From an uncultured bacterium (GTDB lineage: Bacteria > Acidobacteriota > Thermoanaerobaculia > Multivoradales > J023), in contig CBDUGP010000002.1 in NCBI GenBank assembly GCA_965366625.1, positions 153,561 through 217,560 on the forward strand: a stretch of DNA of 64,000 bases, in the 5' to 3' direction. Below, one piece after another: positions 22,326-32,029 of this stretch. Numbering within the stretch: position 1 is the first letter of the stretch; each line of letters starts with the position of its first letter. The translations under genes and the position numbers were made by a program. Under the pieces are notes generated by a model. It saw only the letters and a program-made list of their open reading frames with translations. It was not told the DNA's origin and made no database searches.

Positions 22326-25268
22326 TCAGAAGCGGAAACCAATCGAGACGCGGTAGGTCCGCGGCAAGGTGATGTCTTCCGGGGTCAGAGGATCGCCGAA
22401 GCCATCGTCCAGATCGTAGTTTACACCCTCCGTCGGGGTGGTGGTGAACGGATCGAACGGAGCTAGGTTGTTGACGGTGTTATCGACCCGGGTGAACGAT
22501 TGCTCGTCAAACACGTTCAGCATCTCCGGCTGGATGAAGACTTCGAAGTCTCGGTTCCAGAGGTTCCACTTGAACGAGTAGTTGAGGGAAACATCCACTC
22601 GGGTGATGTCGTCGGTTGTGAACGCGCCACGGTCGGATACGAAGTAGCTGACCGAGCTGGTGGGCGTCAAATAACCGGGGTTGTTGACGTACGGACGCGG
22701 ATCGATGCTGGCAATAGCGCTGTAGGGCGTGCCCGAGGCGTAGTTGAGCAACACACTCGTGTTGAGTGAGTGGTGATCCGTGTTGAAGATGTCGTAGATA
22801 GCCCACAACCGCAGGTTGTGGCGCTGGTCGGTGGAAAGGTCACCATCGGGAGTGTTCCACCGGGCCTCGCGGTATTCCGGATAACCCAACGGATTACCGT
22901 TGATCGAACCCGAACCCGAAGTTTCGCCGTCGAAGTTACCTTCGGACATCGAGAACGTGTAGTTACCGTTGATCCGCAGGCGATCGGTGGCGCGATAGCG
23001 GAAGTTGGTCAAGAGGCCCTTGTAATCGCGATTCAGCAGATCGTTCTCGTTATAAACGACCGTGCGATCGAAAGTACCGGAAGGAATCGTGACCTGACCG
23101 GTGCGCAGGGAAGTCTCCTGGGCGTAGAAGTCACCGAACTCGCGCAGAACGACGTCCGCACGCACGATGCCTTTGTTACCCAATCGCTTGCTGACACCGA
23201 AGGTGAGCTCGTCCACGTAAGGCGAAGCCAACGTATTCTCGATCACCGCGGTGGCGCCCGGGATATTGGCGTAGAAGAGACCCGGCAGGTTGCTCAGGTC
23301 GCCGTTCGGATCGGCGGTGCCACCGTTGGCGAACCACCAATCGAAGATGGTCTGAAGAGCCTGGTCCTGGTTCTGGGTCACACCGTTGGTGTTGATCTCA
23401 GGACCTTCGTAGAAAGAAACGAAGGTCGCAGGCGTACCTGCAGCCGAGGTTTGGTCGGCGGCACCGTTGTTGATCGCGGCAACATAACGACCGGCGGTGG
23501 CGTTGATGATCCACTCACCGTCGCCCTTGAGGTCGTAGGTCAGGCCCAAACGCGGGCTGATGGCATTGTCGTCGGCGACCAATTTGCCTTCGGCGTCACG
23601 ACCGTCATTCTCGTCATAACGAAGTCCGAGGCTGACGCTCATCTTCTCGTTGATCTGCCAGCTGTCGTTGACATAGGCCGAGTTGGTCACGAGATCCGTG
23701 CCCTTCGAGCCTTCGAGAATCGGGAACCAAACCACCCAATCGAACGAGCCGTTGCCCACGACTGGGAAAATGTCGTTGCCTTGGATGATCGGATCCGCAC
23801 CGTGCCAGATCTGGAAGTCCGAGCCGGATTGGTGATTGTCGGAACGACGAATGTCGGTGAACGAATCGTAGCCGAACACGATGTCGTGCGAGCCGCTGTC
23901 CGTGGTCAAGAAGTAAGACGCCTTGGCCAAGGTGTTGTCGTTGTTACGAAGCTCCGCCGGGCAAACACCGCAGAAGGTACCGGTGTGGTACCGGGTGTTG
24001 ACCAGGGAGTGGCGGATCAAGGTGCCACCGATCAGATCGGTGGATTGAGAGCCACTGCCGTCACCGAGCAAGAACTCACGCTCGGAGTATTGAGCTTCAA
24101 CGAAGAAGTTGGAGCCGAAGATACCGGTGTAGTGAGCCGCGCTCAGCTCCTGCGGATCGTTACGATCCGACAGGCTGGCGAGGTCGAGCACGTTACCGAA
24201 CGAGCTGTTGGTCGTGGTTTGCTCGATCTCGAGGTAGTTGGCAACCACCGAGTGGCTCGGGTGCGGCGTGAGGGTGAGTTTGCCCTCTTGACGCTCCTGA
24301 GTGGAAACCCGGTTGTAGGAAATGCTCGTCGGGGCCGACGTGGTCCGGCTGGTGGAACTCTCACCGATGTCGCGGAAGGCGGCGAAGAACCAGATGTGGT
24401 CCTTCCAGAACGGGCCACCAATGGTCAGCTCGTCGGTCGCGTTCAAGGTGTCGTCGAGATCTTCGTCGAAGAAATCGGTCGAATTCGACCAGTCGTCCTG
24501 GGTGTAGGAACGGCGGATCGAGCCGCTGAATTCGTTACCACCGGACTTGGTCAACACGTTGATCACACCACCGGTGAAACGACCGTATTCGGCCGAAGCG
24601 CCATTGGTGATGGTGGTGAACTCTTGGATGGCGTCCTCGATGAACAGATCCAGGGATTGCCCGCGGATGTTCTCGTTGACCACCACGCCGTTGACCAGGT
24701 AGAGGCTCTCGAACGACATGGCACCGGCGATAGCCAGCGCAGGCGAACGGCTGCTCGACTGCTTCGGACCGGAGGCGGCGACGCCGGGGGTCAAAAGGGT
24801 TGCCGAGCGGATGTTACGAGCCACCGGTAGGTCTTCGATTTCGTCGATGCCGTAGGTGGTTTTGGTGCCCGTACCCTCGGAGATAACTTCGAGGGCGGAG
24901 GTGACGACGATTTCTTCAACGACCTCAGCCACCTTCATGGTGACGGTGACGTTCTGGGTCTGCGAGCCGGAAACCACCACTTCTTGAACAGCGGTAGCGA
25001 AACCTTCGAGCTCATAGGTGAGCTTGTAGGTACCGGGCGGCAGGAAAGCGAGTTTAAAGTCGCCATTGGTGCCGGTGACGGAAACACGGCTGCCCTGAAG
25101 GGCAGACGAGCTGGCCGTTACGGTGACGCCGGGTAGGCCTCCACCGTCGGCATCGATTACGCGACCGGTAGCCGTACCGGTCGGTAGCTGGGCAAAGAGA
25201 GTGGGCGCCAGCAGCAGCACTGCCGCTAGCCCAATCCCCAAGACCCGAGCGATTTGGTTGGTCCTCAT
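22326..25268 (-). CDS. Oar-type TonB-dependent receptor with N-terminal carboxypeptidase-regulatory-like domain
   Basis: Signal peptide, G.LPGVTVT, EEIVVT (TonB-box-like), AEYGRFTGGVINVLTKSGGN plug, C-terminal PRTYRVSIGFRF; GAGGAG RBS. Confidence 0.93.
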   Translation of the reverse strand: MRTNQIARVLGIGLAAVLLLAPTLFAQLPTGTATGRVIDADGGGLPGVTVTASSSALQGSRVSVTGTNGDFKLAFLPPGTYKLTYELEGFATAVQEVVVSGSQTQNVTVTMKVAEVVEEIVVTSALEVISEGTGTKTTYGIDEIEDLPVARNIRSATLLTPGVAASGPKQSSSRSPALAIAGAMSFESLYLVNGVVVNENIRGQSLDLFIEDAIQEFTTITNGASAEYGRFTGGVINVLTKSGGNEFSGSIRRSYTQDDWSNSTDFFDEDLDDTLNATDELTIGGPFWKDHIWFFAAFRDIGESSTSRTTSAPTSISYNRVSTQERQEGKLTLTPHPSHSVVANYLEIEQTTTNSSFGNVLDLASLSDRNDPQELSAAHYTGIFGSNFFVEAQYSEREFLLGDGSGSQSTDLIGGTLIRHSLVNTRYHTGTFCGVCPAELRNNDNTLAKASYFLTTDSGSHDIVFGYDSFTDIRRSDNHQSGSDFQIWHGADPIIQGNDIFPVVGNGSFDWVVWFPILEGSKGTDLVTNSAYVNDSWQINEKMSVSLGLRYDENDGRDAEGKLVADDNAISPRLGLTYDLKGDGEWIINATAGRYVAAINNGAADQTSAAGTPATFVSFYEGPEINTNGVTQNQDQALQTIFDWWFANGGTADPNGDLSNLPGLFYANIPGATAVIENTLASPYVDELTFGVSKRLGNKGIVRADVVLREFGDFYAQETSLRTGQVTIPSGTFDRTVVYNENDLLNRDYKGLLTNFRYRATDRLRINGNYTFSMSEGNFDGETSGSGSINGNPLGYPEYREARWNTPDGDLSTDQRHNLRLWAIYDIFNTDHHSLNTSVLLNYASGTPYSAIASIDPRPYVNNPGYLTPTSSVSYFVSDRGAFTTDDITRVDVSLNYSFKWNLWNRDFEVFIQPEMLNVFDEQSFTRVDNTVNNLAPFDPFTTTPTEGVNYDLDDGFGDPLTPEDITLPRTYRVSIGFRF

Positions 25269-25396
25269 TCTGAAGACTCCTCTGTGATGTGCTTCCTCTT
25301 CTCCTCAAGGAAGCGGTTTCTGCTGAACACCGTTTCTGTCCGATCTCCTGTGGAGCTGTCGGCGAACGGTGATAAGAACCCGTCAGTCTATGTCTG

Positions 25397-25413
25397 AGCA
25401 AGAATCAGACCAG
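25397..25413 (-). promoter_or_regulatory. Putative sigma54 -24/-12 promoter of the TonB receptor gene
   Basis: Minus strand reads CTGGTCTGATTCTTGCT, i.e. GG-N10-GC with TTGC, about 130 bp upstream of the start. Confidence 0.6.
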
Positions 25414-25520
25414 TGTGTCGGGCGATGGCCGCAAGCGCCATAAACTTAATGAAATCAACACTTATGGAAGCCGTCTAAAAACCTCAACGACTTCGACAAG
25501 ACCGCAAATCTATAATTTTG

Positions 25521-25543
25521 AATCAAACCGTTGAGTTCTCAAC
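25521..25543. promoter_or_regulatory. IHF-consensus site overlapping a palindrome (candidate activator site)
   Basis: AATCAAACCGTTG matches WATCAANNNNTTR; GTTGAG-TT-CTCAAC at 25530-25543. Confidence 0.45.
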
Positions 25544-25774
25544 AGGTGGCTGGATTGAACGGGGCCGTTGGAGGACCCTTAGAGCAATCTGTGCCGTGTA
25601 TCTGAACCGACGATAATATCGAGTTTTGGGGCCTTTAGGCTGTCCTTCGTCCCGTCTTTTTGTCTTGTGAGCCCAGGAGGTGCGTCTCGGGTCGACGACC
25701 TATCCCCTTCGATATACTCTCGGCCGCCTGCTGCGGCTCTTTGCCCGCGAGCACCGAATTCAGGAGACTCTCAA

Positions 25775-27532
25775 ATGATTGATCGATCCAGCTCGTTGCG
25801 GCCTGCTGCCATGTTCGCCCTACGTTTGCTCATTTTTACGGCTATTTTGCTCCCATGGATGTCTTGGTTGGTGGTTTTGCCGGTGATCGCCCAAGAACCG
25901 TCCGATGAAGGCGCTTCCCAGTCGGCCGGTTTCTTCGTGGAAACCCAAGACGTGAATCTGGTCAATGTCGATGTTTATGTCAGCGACAAGAAAGGAAACA
26001 GAATTCACGGTCTAGCGGTCGACGATTTCGAGCTTTTCGAAGATGGCCGTCCGGTTCAGATCACCAATTTCTATTCCGTGGCCGACGGCCGACCAGCTCG
26101 TGAGCAGCTGAGCACGTTGGAGCGCCCACAGGAAGAAATATCTTCAGGCCGGCCCGAGCCCGAGGTTGAGGTGCCCGAAGACCAACGGCTCCACCTGATT
26201 GTCTACATCGACAATTTGCATATCAGGCCGTTCAATCGCAATAAAGTGATGGCCAAAGTCCGCACGTTCTTGAATACCAAGATGCCTAAAGACAGCCAGG
26301 TCATGTTGGTGACCTTCGAAAGGTCTCTCAAGGTTAGGCATCCGTTCACCCGTGACCTCAACGAGATTGTGGAAGCAACCTACGAACTCGAAGAGCTGTC
26401 GGCCTTTACGGTCCAGCGGGAAACCGAGCGCGACAACATCATCAAGAGAATCCTGCGTACGGAGAATGCATTCGAGGCGGAGTCCCATGCAGACTTTTAC
26501 GCCAAATCGGTCTACAACGATGTCGAGATGTCGATCCGGGGCATGCGTGAGATGGTGAGCACCTTGGCGGGCTTGTCTGGACGTAAGGCGTTGCTCTACG
26601 TCAGCGATGGTTTGGAGATGCGAGCGGGTGAGGACCTCTTTCAATTGGCGGCTCAGGAGCATGCTGAGCTTCAAAATCGCGGCAGTATCTCTCTCCAAGC
26701 CAATCGATACGACGCTGGTCGACGCTACCAAGTGCTGACCGCCCACGCCAACGCCAATCGGGTGACCTTCTATACCTTAGAAGCAGCGGGATTGCGCAGC
26801 CACTCCTCCCTCTCCGCCGAGCGATCCGGGGGAGTGTCGACCATCGAAGTTGATTTCACCTACCAGCTGAACCGCCAGGAGACGCTACTCATGCTGGCGG
26901 ACGATACCGGCGGCCTAGCAACCATCAACACCAACAACTTCGCGGGCGCCTTGGATGCCATGGCCAAGGACTTTAACTCTTACTACTCCTTAGGCTACCT
27001 ACCCTCCCACAGCGGGGACGGGCGCTTTCATCGCATCGAGGTCAAAGTGCGCAAGAAGGGGCTAGAGGTTCGTCATCGAGACGGCTATCGCGACAAGAGC
27101 CTCGAGACGCGGATCACCGAAGGAACCTTAGCGGCGTTGGTTTTCGATCAAGGATCCAATCCATTGAACGCGAATATCCAGTTTCTGGATCCGGTGGTCG
27201 ACGGAAAGCGCGACACCTTCCTACCGATTGAGGTCCGAATTCCAATCGGCAGAGTGACCCTATTACCCGGAGAACAAATGCATTCGGGCAAAATCCGAAT
27301 CTCCCTAGCGGTGATGGACGAAGAGAATCAGATTTCTCCGGTAGAAATGTCAACGGTTCCGATCCAAATTCCAGAGCAAGATCTCGAAATAGCTAGGACT
27401 AAATATTATGTTTATAGCGCGACCCTTCAAGTTCGCCCCGGCAAGCAAAAAATTGCCGTAGGTCTGCGCGACGAGGTCACTGGACAACAGAGCTTTGTTT
27501 CACGCATCGCTTGGGTGGGCAGCCGCAAATGA
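25775..27532 (+). CDS. Acidobacterial-type VWA domain protein
   Basis: AGGAG RBS before ATG 25775; VNVDVYV.DKKG..I.GL..DDF, GRKALLYVSDG, ADDTGG and YYSLGY motifs; paralogue of 16484-18265. Confidence 0.87.
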   Translation: MIDRSSSLRPAAMFALRLLIFTAILLPWMSWLVVLPVIAQEPSDEGASQSAGFFVETQDVNLVNVDVYVSDKKGNRIHGLAVDDFELFEDGRPVQITNFYSVADGRPAREQLSTLERPQEEISSGRPEPEVEVPEDQRLHLIVYIDNLHIRPFNRNKVMAKVRTFLNTKMPKDSQVMLVTFERSLKVRHPFTRDLNEIVEATYELEELSAFTVQRETERDNIIKRILRTENAFEAESHADFYAKSVYNDVEMSIRGMREMVSTLAGLSGRKALLYVSDGLEMRAGEDLFQLAAQEHAELQNRGSISLQANRYDAGRRYQVLTAHANANRVTFYTLEAAGLRSHSSLSAERSGGVSTIEVDFTYQLNRQETLLMLADDTGGLATINTNNFAGALDAMAKDFNSYYSLGYLPSHSGDGRFHRIEVKVRKKGLEVRHRDGYRDKSLETRITEGTLAALVFDQGSNPLNANIQFLDPVVDGKRDTFLPIEVRIPIGRVTLLPGEQMHSGKIRISLAVMDEENQISPVEMSTVPIQIPEQDLEIARTKYYVYSATLQVRPGKQKIAVGLRDEVTGQQSFVSRIAWVGSRK

Positions 27533-29337
27533 TCGGAGCTCGGAGAGCGGTGTTGAGTTTGGCTCTTTTGGCGGCGTTCATGCCCGGCTGTGCCCCGGAT
27601 GACGGGAGCCCGAAGGGTACCGATTCAGCGCCTTCGGCCCCTTCTGCGCAGCAAGAGGCTCCCGCGAAGGGCTCGGCAGAAGCGCTGGAGGGTCCGGTTT
27701 TTCGCGAATTGGGCGCCGATGCCGGGCTGAGCTTCCATCACTTCAACGGAGCGACGGGGCGTTTCTACATGGCTGAGGTAACCGGTTCCGGCGTGGCCCT
27801 GTTCGATTTTGATCGCGACGGTGATTTAGACGTCTATTTGGTTCAAGGAACGGTTTTGGAGCCGGGAAAGGAGCTGAGTGACGCCAAATTTCCTTTGCTC
27901 CACGAGCAGGCGATCGATCGGCTCTTCCGCAATGAACTCGACTCCGGCGAGCTGCGCTTCACCGACGTCACGGAGTTGAGCGGCATTCGAGCCGGAGGTT
28001 ACGGCATGGGAGCGACCGTGGGTGACATCGATTCCGATGGTTTCCCGGATCTCTACGTCACCAATGTTGGCCCTAACCAAATGTGGCGTAATCGGGGTGA
28101 CGGCACCTTTGAAGAGGTGACGAAGAAAGCGGGATTGCAAGAGGACAGATGGAGCGTTCCAGCGGTCTTCTTCGACTACGACCGCGATGGTCATGAGGAT
28201 CTATTCATCGGTAACTACATCGCGGTCGAAATCGACAATCCCAAGCTATGTCGCGGCATTACCGGTGCCCAAGATTATTGTGGGCCCTCCGCCTATCCGC
28301 CGATACCCGATCGCCTATTTCACAATCGTGGCGACGGGACCTTTGAGGACGTCACCTGGGCGGCCGGTCTGCGGTCGGGTTTTGGGCCGGCCTTGGGAGC
28401 TGTGGCTGCGGATCTGAACGGCGACGGCTTGCTCGATCTCTACGTGGCCAACGACCAGTCGAACAACCAAATGTGGATCCAAAAGGGTGATGGCACTTTT
28501 GAGGACGAGGCATTGCTGGCAGGCTCGGCGGTCAACGCGCGCGGTCGAGCCGAAGCCTCGATGGGTGTGGACGCAGGCGACTTCGACGGTGACGGCGACG
28601 ACGATCTTTTTATGACCCATCTGATCGGTGAGACCAACACCCTCTATGAAAACGAGGGGTCGGGCACCTTTATCGACCGCACTTTGGATGTGGGCTTGGC
28701 CTCACCAAGTCGGCTCTACACCGCATTTGGAACCGCGTGGGTAGATTTCGACAACGACGGCCGGCTCGATCTCTTCGTCGCCAACGGCGCTGTCAAAGCG
28801 ATCGAGCAGCTGATGCTCGAGCGCGACCCATTTCCCTATCACCACCCGAACCAGCTCTTTCGCAATGTGCTTCGGGGTCCGAAGACCGAATTTGAAGAAG
28901 TTTCCCCAGAGCTGGCCGGCGATGCCGTCACCCGCTCGGAGGTCAGCCGGGGAATGGCGGTCGGAGATATAGACAACGATGGTGATCCTGATTTGGTGGT
29001 CGTCAACAACAACGGACCGGCCCGGGTATTGATGAACCAAATCGGTCAAGACAAGGATTGGATTGGGTTTCAGCTGGAAGGCACCAGCGGTAGCCGCAGA
29101 CGCGAGCTGGTCGGTGCCCGCCTCAGGGTCGAGCTGAGCGATGGTCGCAACTTGTGGCGTCGGGCGCGCAGGGACGGCAGCTTCGCGGGTTCGAACGACC
29201 CGCGGATTTTGATCGGTTTAGGCTCGGCGAAGAACGTCAGGGTGGTGGCCGTCGAGGTGTTCTGGCCGGACGGCACCACCGTCGTCGTATCGGGCGAGAC
29301 ACTCCAACGAAATGCATACAACACGGTGGCCCAATGA
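27529..29337 (+). CDS. CRTAC1-family FG-GAP beta-propeller + ASPIC/UnbV lipoprotein
   Basis: Lipobox-like MPGC, seven DxDxDGxxD repeats, N.GDGTF.DVT and C-terminal GLG..V.WPDG; ATGA overlap. Confidence 0.9.
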   Translation: MIGARRAVLSLALLAAFMPGCAPDDGSPKGTDSAPSAPSAQQEAPAKGSAEALEGPVFRELGADAGLSFHHFNGATGRFYMAEVTGSGVALFDFDRDGDLDVYLVQGTVLEPGKELSDAKFPLLHEQAIDRLFRNELDSGELRFTDVTELSGIRAGGYGMGATVGDIDSDGFPDLYVTNVGPNQMWRNRGDGTFEEVTKKAGLQEDRWSVPAVFFDYDRDGHEDLFIGNYIAVEIDNPKLCRGITGAQDYCGPSAYPPIPDRLFHNRGDGTFEDVTWAAGLRSGFGPALGAVAADLNGDGLLDLYVANDQSNNQMWIQKGDGTFEDEALLAGSAVNARGRAEASMGVDAGDFDGDGDDDLFMTHLIGETNTLYENEGSGTFIDRTLDVGLASPSRLYTAFGTAWVDFDNDGRLDLFVANGAVKAIEQLMLERDPFPYHHPNQLFRNVLRGPKTEFEEVSPELAGDAVTRSEVSRGMAVGDIDNDGDPDLVVVNNNGPARVLMNQIGQDKDWIGFQLEGTSGSRRRELVGARLRVELSDGRNLWRRARRDGSFAGSNDPRILIGLGSAKNVRVVAVEVFWPDGTTVVVSGETLQRNAYNTVAQ

Positions 29338-31442
29338 GATCTCCCCTGCTCACGAGTTTCTTGTTGGTGAGCCCGCTGTGGGCCGCGTTTTGGGCAGCGG
29401 GTTGTCAAGCCTCGCCCAGTCAAGCTCCCCCGGCAGGAGAAAACGAGGCGAAGCCCTCGTCCCAAGACAGCGTCACCTCGACCCTGCTCAACCTGCCGAA
29501 TCGCGACCTCGATCAATTCGACGAGCGTTGGCACGCCAGGGTGAGAGAACTCGAAGCGGACATCGAGAAGAGCATGGACGCGAAACCCATGGATCCCAAA
29601 GTGGTGGGCCATGCGTTCGGCGCTTTGGGCCAGCACTACATGGCCCATCATCTCGTGGATATGGCCACGGTCTGTTTCGATTACGCCCAGACGATCGATC
29701 CGGACGAAGTCAGATGGCCCTACCTAAATGGATTCCTGCATCAAATTCAGGATCAGTTTGACGCCGCAGCCGAGGATTTCGAAACTGCTTTGAAGATCGA
29801 CCCCAAGAATACGGGCGCGCGCCTCCGGCTCGGCGCAGTGTGGATCGAACTCGGTCGTCGGGAGGAAGCGGAGCAGCACTTGCGGACGATGCTCGCCGAA
29901 CACCCGGACCAAACCATGGCCCGTTACGAACTCGGGCGTTTGCGCCTCGATCAAGGGCAATTGGAGGAAGCGGTGAAGCTGCTTTCGTCGGTGGTTGCCG
30001 AGCAACCCGATGCCGGGGTCGCCCATTACGCCCTTGGCCAAGCCCTGCGCCGTCGAGGAGACCTGGAGGCCGCCAAGGCGGCCCTTGAAAAAGCCGACGA
30101 GCAACCCGTGGTATTTGCCGATCCGTTGTTGGGCGAACTCGCCGAGCTGGGTGTGACGGCGGAGTTCTATCGCATGCGCGCGGAGCGAGCGCTGGCCGAA
30201 GGTCGGCTCAAAGACGCCGCCGGCCATTTCAGCAAAGCTATAGAGCTGGGGGATGAAGGTTTCCAGATGCGTATGGCCTACGCCTTCGTTCTTCATCAGA
30301 GCGGTGATAGGCAGGGCGCGATCGCCCAATTAGAGGCCGCTACGGAGCTTTCGGAGTCGAATATCGACGGCACTCAAAAAGCCGAGGCTTTTCACCGTTT
30401 GGGACTGCTCTTCGCCGAGGAAGGGGATCTCGGGAGATCGGAAGCGAGTCAGCGCCGGGCCTTGGAACAAGATTCTTCACATGTCGCGGCCACGTTGGCC
30501 TTGGGGGATATGGCCGCGCGAAAGAAGCGCATCGATGAGGCTATCGAGCTTTACGATTCGGTGCTTGAACGGCCTGAGCACAAGGATCATCGGCGGGCGC
30601 TGATCAAACGTGGAACGGCGCATCTGAACACCGAAAAAAAAGACGCCGGTTTAGGGGACCTGCGCCGAGCCCTAGAGCTGCAACCCGAAGACTTCGAGCA
30701 TCAACTGCGTTGGATCGAGGCTCTTGAGCACGCGGACAAGGAGGAGCAAGCTCGACAAGCAGCGATAGATGCAGGCCGGCAATTGCTGGCTACTCCGCCC
30801 GAGGCTTCCCGGGTCCGAACGGTCTTGCTCACACGTCTCGCTCACAAGCTGCGGCGGTATGGTCAACTCGAAGCAGCCGAGCGGGGTTATCGCCTGGCCC
30901 TGGAGCCGGTGCCGGAGACCGCAGATCTGAGAATGAACCTGGCCGATCTCTTGGTGGCCAGACAGGTTTTTGACGAAGCGCGATCGTTGTATCAAGCGGT
31001 GATCGCCGCCGATCCGGAGAATAGCGACGCCCAATTTGGTGAGATTCGCTGTTTAATGGCCTCCGGCGAGTGGCTCGCTGCCAAGGCGAGCTTGGAAGGG
31101 CAGATTCGGATCACCCAAAGCGGTCGTCTGCTGCATCTGTTGGCCCGGTTGTTGGCGGTGGCCCCGGCACCGGTAGCAGAGCCCGAGCGCGCGCTACAGC
31201 TAGCCAACGAAGTCTTCAACGCCCGTCGAACTCCGGACCACGCGGCGACTTTGGGCCTCGCTCTGGCAGCCGCGGGCCAGGTCGAGCAGGCCGCCGAATG
31301 GCATGCCGGATTGCTGGCCGACACCGCTAGCCTGGGAGAGCCGTGGACGGATTGGTTGCAAGGGCAGCTCGCTGCTTTTCGCAGGGGTGAGGTATGGCAT
31401 CCAAAGGTCCCGGCTGAAATCTTTGCGCCTGGGCGTGGATAG
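29334..31442 (+). CDS. TPR-repeat lipoprotein
   Basis: ATGA overlap at 29334, AAGC lipobox, many TPRs and a FADPLL.EL motif. Confidence 0.85.
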   Translation: MRSPLLTSFLLVSPLWAAFWAAGCQASPSQAPPAGENEAKPSSQDSVTSTLLNLPNRDLDQFDERWHARVRELEADIEKSMDAKPMDPKVVGHAFGALGQHYMAHHLVDMATVCFDYAQTIDPDEVRWPYLNGFLHQIQDQFDAAAEDFETALKIDPKNTGARLRLGAVWIELGRREEAEQHLRTMLAEHPDQTMARYELGRLRLDQGQLEEAVKLLSSVVAEQPDAGVAHYALGQALRRRGDLEAAKAALEKADEQPVVFADPLLGELAELGVTAEFYRMRAERALAEGRLKDAAGHFSKAIELGDEGFQMRMAYAFVLHQSGDRQGAIAQLEAATELSESNIDGTQKAEAFHRLGLLFAEEGDLGRSEASQRRALEQDSSHVAATLALGDMAARKKRIDEAIELYDSVLERPEHKDHRRALIKRGTAHLNTEKKDAGLGDLRRALELQPEDFEHQLRWIEALEHADKEEQARQAAIDAGRQLLATPPEASRVRTVLLTRLAHKLRRYGQLEAAERGYRLALEPVPETADLRMNLADLLVARQVFDEARSLYQAVIAADPENSDAQFGEIRCLMASGEWLAAKASLEGQIRITQSGRLLHLLARLLAVAPAPVAEPERALQLANEVFNARRTPDHAATLGLALAAAGQVEQAAEWHAGLLADTASLGEPWTDWLQGQLAAFRRGEVWHPKVPAEIFAPGRG

Positions 31443-31951
31443 AGTCCTCGAAGAACGTCTCGCCAGGCAGCTTTGTCGACGCCTAACCGTGACGGCGGGC
31501 GTCGAAAGCAAGCAGTCGAGATTCTTCTGTTTTCAATGGCCAACCGTTGCATTTCTGAGCCCATCGGCATCCAAATAGCATACAATCGAGAGACCCTGGG
31601 TGGAATCAGGCCTTGATCGAGGATTAGATCTGGTTCCATCTTGTGAGATAGGTTTCCCGCCCTCTGACGAAGCTTCGATCGGAAGCCAATCGTAACCACC
31701 TGCTCGGTCCCCCCCGGTCTTAGGCCACTCGGAAGCAGATTCAGGAAACCGCCAATATTCAGTATTCGGCCAGTGGGGCCGGATTGGTCGACCTCAGTCT
31801 AAGCATGACCGAGGAGCCGTGTTGCGTCACATGACCCATTAACCTTCCGAATATGAAAAGCTAGAAGCTAGACCCGTCAGTTTTAGAGGTCGATGATTGA
31901 CAACAGATCTAAAACAGATGCAAGGAAACGGCTTTTTGAGCCGTCTTGACC

Positions 31952-31990
31952 TCTAGAGTGACGACGAGTTCTAGAGTGACGTCGAGCTTC
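31952..31990. repeat. 18-bp tandem duplication upstream of the SNF2 gene
   Basis: TCTAGAGTGACGACGAGT followed by TCTAGAGTGACGTCGAGC. Confidence 0.7.
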
Positions 31991-32029
31991 TGAGCACAGT
32001 GATCATGAAGACAGCGAAAGGTCTCGAGC

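Noticed and set aside
22770-24830. 686-aa plus-strand ORF antisense to the TBDR gene
   Set aside because: Shadow ORF produced by strong codon bias in a GC-rich gene; no recognisable motifs.
25581-25597. GGCACAGATTGC considered as a second sigma54 promoter
   Set aside because: GG-to-GC spacing is 8 nt rather than the required 10.
27529-29337. UnbV domain taken as evidence for an enediyne gene cluster
   Set aside because: No PKS, thioesterase or other biosynthetic genes are present; the domain is widespread.
30992-31699. 235-aa minus-strand ORF
   Set aside because: Mostly antisense to the TPR gene, with no RBS or motif.
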